Assembly: GCF_009914755.1 (NCBI RefSeq)
Contig: NC_060937.1
DNA: 64,000 nucleotides
Source: the human T2T-CHM13v2.0 reference genome, Homo sapiens
Direction: 5' to 3' (one strand)
Made by a program: the position numbers and the translations under genes. Positions 54,840 to 64,000 of this stretch are shown one piece after another. Each line of letters starts with the position of its first letter. The stretch's first letter is position 1. The notes under the pieces are model-generated. The model did not search any database. It saw only the letters and a program-made list of their open reading frames with translations, and was not told the origin of the DNA.

Positions 54840-54903
54840 ATGAGCTAAGATTATACCACTGCACTCCAGTCTGAGTGACAGAGTAAGATCCAGTCGAAAT
54901 AAA
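54840..54903 (+). repeat. Alu-derived cassette, copy 3
   Basis: TGAGCTAAGATTATACCACTGCACTCCAGTCTGAGTGACAGAGTAAGATCCAGTCGAAATAAA. Confidence 0.9.
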
Positions 54904-55796
54904 CAACTGGAATGGAATGGAGTAAAATCGAAAGAAATGGAGTATACTGGAACAGAATGGAGTGGAATTGAGTGGAGTGGAGTGGATTGGAGTGGAGTGG
55001 AATGGAGTAAAGTGGAATGGAGTGGAATAGAGTGGAATGGAATGGAATGAAAACAAGTAGAATGGAATGGAATGGAATGGAGTGGAACGGAGTTTAGTGG
55101 ACTTGAATGCAGTGGAGTGGAATGAAGTGGAGTGGAATGGAGTTGAATTGAGTGGAATAGAATGGAATGGAATAGAGTGGAGTGGAATGGAATAGAGTGG
55201 CATGGAGTGGAGTAGAGTAGAGTGGAATGGAATGGAATAGAATGGAGTGAAATGGAGTGGTGGGGAATGGAGTGGACTGGAACGGAATGGAGTGGAATGG
55301 AACAGAAATGAAGGGAAGAAAATGGAATGAAGAGGAGTGCAGTGGAGTGGAGTGGAGTTGAGTGGAATGGATCGGAGTGGAGTGGATTGGAATGAACTGG
55401 AATGGAATGGAATGGAGTGGAGTGAAGTAGAGTGGAGTAGAGCGGAGTGGAATGGAATGCAGTGGAGTGGAATGGAATGGAATGGAACAGAAAGCAATGG
55501 AAGGGAACAGAATGGAATGGAACGGAACGGAAAGGAGTGGTGTGGAGTGGAGTGGAGTGGAGTGAAGTGGAATGGAGTGTAGTGGAGTGAAGTGGATTGG
55601 AGTGGAATGGAGTGGTATGGAGTGGAGTCGAGTGGAATGGAATGGAATGGAACAGAATGCAATGCAACAGAAAGGAATGGAATGGAATGGAACGGAACAC
55701 AGTTGAGTGGAGTGGAGTGGAGTTCAGTGGAGTGGAGTGGGGTTGAGTGGAATGGAATGGAATGGAATGGAATGAAATGGAATGGTGAAATGGAAT

Positions 55797-55860
55797 GTGA
55801 GCTAAGATTGTGCCACTGCACTCCTCTCTGGGTGACAGAGTGAGATCCAGTCGAAATAAA
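55797..55860 (+). repeat. Alu-derived cassette, copy 4
   Basis: GTGAGCTAAGATTGTGCCACTGCACTCCTCTCTGGGTGACAGAGTGAGATCCAGTCGAAATAAA. Confidence 0.9.
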
Positions 55861-56608
55861 GGAATGGAATGGAATGGAGAAGATGGTAATGGAATAGAGT
55901 GAAGAGGAATGGAATGGAGTGGCATGGAGTGTAGTGTAGTGGAATGGACTGGAGTGGAATGGATTGCAGTATAATGGAGTGGAATTGAGTGGAATGGAAT
56001 GGAATGGAATGGGGTGGAATGGAGTGGAATGCAGTGGAATGGAGTGGAGTGGAATGGAGGGGAGTTTGGTGGAATGGAGTAGAGTGGAGTGAAATGGAAT
56101 GAAATGGAATGGAGTGGAATGGAATGGAAAGGAGTGGAGTCGAATGGAGTAAAGTGGAATCGAATGGAGTGGAATGGAAAGGAATGGAACAGAATGGAAG
56201 GCAATAGAACGGAGTGGACTGGAGTGAATTGAATTGGAGTTTTCTGGAGGGGATAGGAGAGCACTGGAATGGAATGGAATGGAATGAAGTGGAGTGGAGT
56301 GGAATGAAGTGGAGTGGAATGGAGTGGAATGGAATGGAGTGGAGTGGCATGGAAATGAATGGAATGAAAAGGAATGGAATTGAACGGAATGAAACGGAAT
56401 GGAATGGAACAGAATGGAATTCAATGGAACAGAACGTAGTGGAGTGGAGTGGAGTGGATTTGACTGGAGTGGATGGGAATGCAGTGGAATGGAATGGAAT
56501 GGAATCGAATGGAGTGGAATGGAATGGAATGGAATGGAAAGGGGTGGAGTGGAATGGAATGGAGTGGAGTGGAATCGAGTGGCATGGAATGGAATGGTGA
56601 AATGTAAT

Positions 56609-56672
56609 GTCAGCTAAGATTGTGCCACTGCACTCCAGTCTGGGTGACACAGTGAGATCCAAACGAAATAAA
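56609..56672 (+). repeat. Alu-derived cassette, copy 5
   Basis: GTCAGCTAAGATTGTGCCACTGCACTCCAGTCTGGGTGACACAGTGAGATCCAAACGAAATAAA. Confidence 0.9.
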
Positions 56673-59600
56673 GGAATGGAATGGAATGGAATGGAGTAAA
56701 GAGGAATGGAATGAAGTGGAATAGAATGGAGTGGAGTGGAATGGAGTGGAATGGACTGGAATGGAGTGGAATGAAATCGAATGGAGCAGAATGGAGTGGA
56801 GTGGAGTGGAACGGATTCAAATGGAATGGATTGGAATGGAATGGAGTGGTATGGTATGGAGTGGAGTGAAGTGGAGTGGAATGGAGTGGAATGGAGTGAA
56901 ATGGAGTGGAATGGAATGGAATGGAGTGGAATGGAATGGAGTGGAATGGTATGGAGTGGAGAGAAGTGGAATGGAATGGAGTGGAATGGTATGGAGTGGA
57001 GAGAAGTGGAGTGGAATGGAGTGGAATGGAGTGAAATGGAGTGGAATGGAATAGAGTGGAGTGGAATGGAATGGAGTGGAGTGGAATGGAGTGGAATGGA
57101 ACGGAACAGAACGGAATGGAATGGAATGGAATGGAGTGAAATGGAGTGTTCCGGAGTGCAGTGGAATGGAGTGGAATGGAATGGAGTGGTGTGGAATGGA
57201 ATGGAATGGAGTAGAATGGAATGGAATGGATTGGAATGTAGTGGAGTGGAATGGAGTGGAGTGGAACGGAGTGAAATGGAGTGGAATGGAATGGAGTTTA
57301 GTGTCGTGGATTGGAGTGGAATGGAGTGGAGTGGAACGGATTGAAATGGAGTGGAATAGAATGGAATTTAGTGGCGTGGAGTGGAGTGGAATGGAGTGGA
57401 ATGGAGTAGAGTGGAGTGGATTGCAATGCGGTTGAATGGAATGGAACAGAACGGAATGGAATGGAACAGATTGGAACAGAGTGTAGTGGAGTTGAGTGGA
57501 GTGGAACTGAGATGAGTGTATCGGAGCACAGTGGAATGTAATGTAGTGTAATGTAACGGAATGGAATGGAAGGGAGTGTAGTGGAGTGGAGTTTAATGTA
57601 GTGGAGTGGAATGGAGTGTATTGGAGTGGAGTGGAGTGGACAGGAGTGGAATGGAGTGGAATGGAATGGAATGTGGTGGAATGGAATGGAGTGGAGTGGA
57701 ATGGAATGAAGGGGAGTGAAGTGGAGTGGAATGGAGTGGAGTGGAATGGAATGGAGTAGAACGGAACTGAACGGAATGAAACGGACCAGAATGGAATGGA
57801 GCGGAGTGGGGTGAAGTTGAGTTGAGTGGAGTGAATCATAGTGCACTGGAATGGAATGGATTGGAATGGAATGGAATGGAGTTGAATGGACTGGAGTGGA
57901 GTGAAGTTTAATGGAGTGGAGTGGAGTTGAGTGGAGTTGTGTGGAATGGAAGGGAATGGGATGGAATGGAATGCAATGGAATGGAATGGAATGGAATGGA
58001 AAGCAAAGGAGAGGAGTGAAGTGGGGTGGAGTTGAGTGCAGTGTATCAGAGTGCAGAGGAATGGAATGGAATGGAGTGGAGTGGAATGGAATAAAATTGA
58101 ATGGAGCGGAGTGCAGTGGAGTGGTGTGGAGTGGAATTGAGTGGAATGGAGTGAAATGGAGTAGAGTGAAATGGAATAGAATGGAGTAGAGTGTAGTAGA
58201 ATGGAGTGGAGTGGAATGGAATGGAGTGGAATATAATGGACTGGAGTGGAATGGAATGGAGTGGAGTGGAGTGGAATGGAGTGGAATGGAGTGGAATGGA
58301 ATGGATTGGAGTGGAAGGGAATGTATTGGAGTGGAATGGAATGGAACGGAAAGAAACAGAACAAAGGGGAATGGACTTGAATGGAGTGGAGTGGAGTTGA
58401 GTTGAGTGCATTGGAGTGCAGTGGAATGGAAAGGATTGGAGTTTAGTGGAGAGGAGTGGAGTGGAATGAAGTGAAATGGAGTGTAATGGAATGGAATGGA
58501 ACGGAACAGAATGGAATAGAGAGGGGTGGCGTGGAGGGGAGTTGAGTGGAGTGGAATGAAGGGCAGTGGAATGGAAAGGAATGGAATGGAGTGGAGTGGA
58601 GTAGAGTGGCGTGTGGTGGAGTTGAGCAGAATGATGTCGAATGGAATGGATTGGAATAAAATGGAATGGAGTGGAGTGCAGTGGAGTGGTGTGGAGTGGA
58701 ATTGAGTGGAATGGAGTGAAATGAAGTGGAGTGAAATGGAATGGAATGGAGTGTAGTGTAGTAGAATGGAGTGGAGTGGAGTGGAACGGAATGGAGTGGA
58801 ATATAATGGACTGGAGTGGAAGGGAATGGATTGGAGTGTAATGGAACAGAATGGAAAGGAATAGACTAAAGGGGAACGGACTGGAATGGAGTGGAGTGGA
58901 GTTGAGTGGAGTGGATCTGAGTGTAGTGGAATGGAATGGATTGGAGTTTAATGGAAAGGAGGGAGTGGAGTGGAGTGGAATGGAGTGTAATGGAGTGGAA
59001 TGGAACGGAATGGAATGGAACAGAATGGAACAGAGTGGGGTGGTGTGGAGTGGAGTTGAGTGGAGTGGAACGAAGGGCAGTGGAATGGAATAGAATGGAA
59101 TGGAGTGGAGTATAGTGGAGTGTGGTGGAGTGGAGTGGAATGGTGTGGAATGGAATGGATTGGAGTGGAATGGAATGGAGTGGAACGGAATGGAATGGAA
59201 TGCAATGGAATGGAATTGAAGGGAATGGAATAGAGTGGAGTGGAGTGGGGTGGAGTGGAGTTGAGTCAAGTGGATTGGAATGCAGTGGAATGGAATGGAA
59301 TGGAATGGAGTGCAATGGAATGGAATGGAATGGAGTGGAATGGAATGGAATGGAGTGCAATGGAATGGAATGGAATGGAGTGGAATGGAATGGAATGAAG
59401 TGGAATGGAATGGAATGGAGTGGAATGGAATGGAATGAAGTGGAATGGAATGGAATGCAGTGGAGAGGAGTGGAGTGCAGTGAAATGGAGTGGAGTGGAA
59501 TGGAATGGACTGGAGTGGAATGAAATGGAATGGAATGGAGTGGATTGTAGTGGAATGGAATGGAGTGGACTAGAGTGTAATGAAGGATAGTGGAGTGGAA

Positions 59601-59739
59601 TGGAACAGAGTGGAATGGAATGGAGTGGATCGGACTGGAATGCAGTGGAGTGCAGTGGAGTAGAGTGGAGTGGAGTGGAGTGGAATGGAATGGAATGGAG
59701 TGGAATAGAAAGCAATAGAATGGAATGGTGACATGAAAT

Positions 59740-59804
59740 GTGAGTTAAGATTGTGCCACTGCACTGAAGTCTGGGTGAGAGAATGAGATACAGTCGAAAT
59801 TAAA
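59740..59804 (+). repeat. Alu-derived cassette, copy 6
   Basis: GTGAGTTAAGATTGTGCCACTGCACTGAAGTCTGGGTGAGAGAATGAGATACAGTCGAAATTAAA. Confidence 0.88.
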
Positions 59805-61191
59805 GGAAGGAAAGGAATGGATTAAAATGTAATGGAATGCAGTGGAGTGGAATGAAATGGAGTGGAATGGAGTTTTGGGGAGTGGAATTTAGTGGAGTGG
59901 AATGGAATGGAATGGAATGGAGAGGAATGGAATGGAATGGAGTGGAATGAAGAGGAGTGGAGTGAAATGGAGTGCAGTGGAATGGGATGGAATGGAATGG
60001 AATGGAATGGAATGGAAAGCAATGGAGTGGATAGGCTTAGAATGGAGTGGAATGGAGTGGAGAGAGGTGGCATGGAGTGGAGTGGAGAGAAGTGGAGTGG
60101 AGTGGAGTGGAATGGAGTGGAAGGGAATGGTATGGAATGGAATGGAATAGAACGGAATGGAGTGGAGGGGAGTGGATTGGAGTGGAATGGAGTGGATCGG
60201 GGTGTAGTGGAATGGAATGGAATGGAGAGGAATGGGTTGGAGTGCAGTGGAGTGGTATGGAGTGGAATGGAGTGGAATGGATTGGAGTGGAAAAGAATGT
60301 AATGGAATGGAACAGAATGGAGAGGAATGGAATGGAATGGAATGGAACGGTATGAAACGGAGTGCAGTGGATTGGACTGGAGTGGACTTGAGAGCAGTGG
60401 AACGGAGTGCAGTGGAATGCAATGGAATGGAATGGAATGGAATGGAATGGAGTGCAGTTGAACGGAATAGAATGGAATGGAGTGGAGTGGAATGGTGTGT
60501 ATTGGAATAGAGTGCAATGGTTTGAAACGGAGTGGAGTGGAATGGAGTGGAGAGGAATTGAATGGAGTGGAATCGAACGGAATAAAACAGAATGTAATGG
60601 AATTGAATGGAACAGAGTGGAGTGGAGTAGAATAGAGTGGAACGGAATGGAACAAAATGTAACGGAATTGAAAGGAACAGAGTGGAGTGGAGTGGAATGG
60701 AGTGGAACGGAATGGAGTGGAGTGGAATGGAATGGAATGGAACGGAATGGAATGGAATGGAAAGGAACGGAATGCAATGGAGGGGAAAGGAGTGGAGTGG
60801 AATGGAGCTGAGTCGAGTACAGTGCAATGGAATGCAGTGAAATGGAATGGAATGGAATGGATTGCGGAGGAGTGGAGTGGAATGAAATGGAACAGAATGG
60901 GATTAAATGGAGTGGAGTGGAATTGAATGGAGCGGAGGGGAATGGAATGGAAAGGAGTGAAGTGGAATGGAATAGAGTGGAGTGAAATGGAATAGAGTGG
61001 AGTTTAGTGGTATGGAGAGGAGTTGAGTGGAATGGAGTGGAGTGGAGTGGATTGGAATGGAGTGGGGTGGAGTGGAATGGAATGAGGTGGCGGGGAATGG
61101 AATGCAGTGGGGTGGACTGGAGTGGAGTGAAATGGAATGGAATGAAATGGAATGGAATGGAATGGAACGGAATGGAATGTGTAAATGAAAT

Positions 61192-61255
61192 GTGAGCTAA
61201 GATAGTGCCACTGGACTCCTGTCTGGGTGAAAGAGGGAGAAACAGTCGAAATAAA
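61192..61255 (+). repeat. Alu-derived cassette, copy 7
   Basis: GTGAGCTAAGATAGTGCCACTGGACTCCTGTCTGGGTGAAAGAGGGAGAAACAGTCGAAATAAA. Confidence 0.88.
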
Positions 61256-63016
61256 GGAATGGAATGGAATGGAGTGGAATGAAATGGAAAGGAGTGGAGA
61301 GGAATAGAATAGAGTGGAATGGTGTGGAGTGTAGTGGAATGGTGTGGAGTGTAGTGGAATGGAGTGGAGTGGAGTGGCATGGAATGGAATGGAATGAAGT
61401 GGAAAGGAGTGAAATGGAGTGGAATGGAACAGAATGGAACGGAACACAACAGAACAGAGTGGAACAGAGTAGAGTGGAGTGCAGTGGATTTGTTTGGAGT
61501 GCATCGAAGTGCAAGGAATGGAATGCAATGCAATGGAATGGAGTGGAGTGGAATAGAGTGGAGTGGAATGGAGTGGAATAGAGTGGAGTGGAATGGAGTG
61601 GAGTGGAATGGAATGGTGTGGAATGGAACAGAACAGAACAGAGAACAATGAAAAGAAATGGAACGAAGCAGAGTAGAGTGGAGTGTAGAGGAGTGGAACG
61701 GAGTGGCGTGGAGTGGAGTGGAGTGGAGTGGACTGGACTGGAATAGAATGGAATGCAACGGAATGGAAAGGAATTGAAAGTAATTGAATGGAACAGAACG
61801 GAATGGAGTGGAGTGGACAGGAGTGGAGTGGAGTTAAGTTGAGTGGATCAGAGTGTAATGGAATGGAGTGGCATGGAATGGAATGGAGTGGGGTGAAGTG
61901 GAGTGGAATGGAATGGAATGGAGTCTAGTGGAACGGAAAGTAAAGGAATGGAATGGAATGGAGTCTGGTGGAATGGAAAGTAAAGGAATGGGATGGAATG
62001 GAACGGAATAGAATTGCAGGAAATAGAACGGAGTGGAGTGGAGTGGAGTTGAGTGGATTGGATGGGAGTGCAGTGGAATGGAATGGAATGTAGTGGAATG
62101 GAAAGGAATGCAATGGAATGCAATGGAATGGAAGGGAGTGGAGTGGATTGGAATGGAATGGAGTTTAGAGGAGTGGAGTGGAGTGGATTGGAGTGGAGTG
62201 GAATGGAATGGAGTGGAGAGGAGTGTAGTGGAATGGAGTGGAATGGAATGGTAAGGAATGGAATGGAGCAGAGTGGAGTGGAATGGAATGGAGTGGCATG
62301 GAATGGAGTGGAGTTGACTGGAATGCAGTAGAGAGGAGTGTAGTGGAGTGGAGTTGAGTGGAGTAGAGTGTAATGGAGTAAAATGGATTATAGTGGAATG
62401 GAATGGAGTGGAATGGAATGGAACAGAAAGGAATGGAATGGATTGGAACAGAATGGAGTGGAGTGGAGTGGAATGGAATGGAGTGGCATGGAATGGAGTG
62501 GAGTTGACTGGAATGCAGTAGAGAGGAGTGTAGTGGAGTGGAGTTGAGTGGAGTGGAGTGGAGTGTAATGGAGTAAAATGGATTATAGCGGAATGGAATG
62601 GAGTGGAATGGAATGGAACAGAAAGGAATGGAATGGATTGGAACAGAATGGAGTGGAGTGGAGTGGAGTAGAGTTGAGTGGAGAGAAGAGGAGTGCAGTG
62701 GAATGGAATGAAATTTAGTGGAATGGAGTGGAGTGGAATGGAGTGGAATGGAGTGGAATGGAATGGAGTGGAGTGGAATTGAATGGAATGGAATGGAACT
62801 GAATGCAATGGAATGGAATGCAATGGAATGGAAAGGAACGAAATGGAGTGGAGTGGGGTGGAGCAGAGTAGACTTGAGTGGATCGAAGTGCAGTAGAATG
62901 GAATGGAATGGAATGGAGTTGAGTGGAATGGAATGGAATGTATTGGAATGCAGTGGAGTGGATTGGAGTGGAAGGGAACGGAATGGATTGGAATGAATGG
63001 AATAGTGAAATGAAAT

Positions 63017-63399
<383 letters not shown>

Positions 63400-64000
63400 G
63401 GAATGGAATGGAAAGGAGTGGAATGGGATGGAATGGAGTGGAATGCAGTGGAGTGGAGTGGAATGGAGTGGAGTGGAATGGAGAGGGGTGGAATGGAAAG
63501 GAGCAGAACAGAATGGAATAGAATGGAGTGGAATGGAATGGAATGGAGTGGAAAGGTACTGAGTGGAGTGGAGTGGAGAGAATTGGAGTTGAATGGAGTG
63601 GAATGGAGTGAAATTGATTGGAGTGGAATGGAGTGTAGTGGAATGGAATGGAGTGGAATGGAACGGAACAGAACAGAATGTGACGGAACAGAATGGAACA
63701 GAGTGAAGTGGAGTGGAGTGGTGTGGAATGGAGTGCAATGAAGTTGAATGGAAAGGAGTGGCATGGAATGGAATGGAATGGAACCGACTGGAATGGAATG
63801 GAGTGGAATGGAATGGAATGGAATGGAAAGGAACAGAGTGGAGAGGAGTGGAGTGGAATTGAGTGGAGTGGATCACAGTGCAGTGGAATGGAATGGAATG
63901 GAATGGAATGGAATGGAATGGAATGGAATGGAATGGAAAGGAATTGAATTGAGTGGTGTGGCATGGAATGGAATGAAAAGGAGTGGAGTGGAGTAGAGCG

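Overview
This is primate (human or great-ape type) pericentromeric heterochromatin with no host genes. Positions ~1.6-50.4 kb are divergent, monomeric-type alpha satellite (~171/172-bp monomers, A-type/pJ-alpha motif, no CENP-B box seen). The array falls into several sequence layers and switches strand sharply at ~32,528. Five L1PA-family (about PA2-PA4) fragments occur in or next to it: one cut by the window start, three 5'-truncated (one of these with a possible tiny 3' transduction), and one 5'-inverted. At ~50,392 alpha satellite joins directly to a GGAAT/GGAGT-rich Satellite III (HSat3) array that runs to the end. This array carries eight copies of a ~64-bp Alu-3'-end-derived cassette, and the last copy is interrupted by a full-length AluY with a 17-bp TSD. 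All ORFs in the track are L1 ORF2 remnants or repeat-derived artefacts. I see no evidence of a new protein-coding system; the interesting signal is structural: nascent and relic alpha higher-order repeats, layer junctions, microhomology junctions, the Alu cassette in SatIII and an Alu-in-Alu insertion. Subfamily and layer labels come from remembered consensus diagnostics, not database searches.
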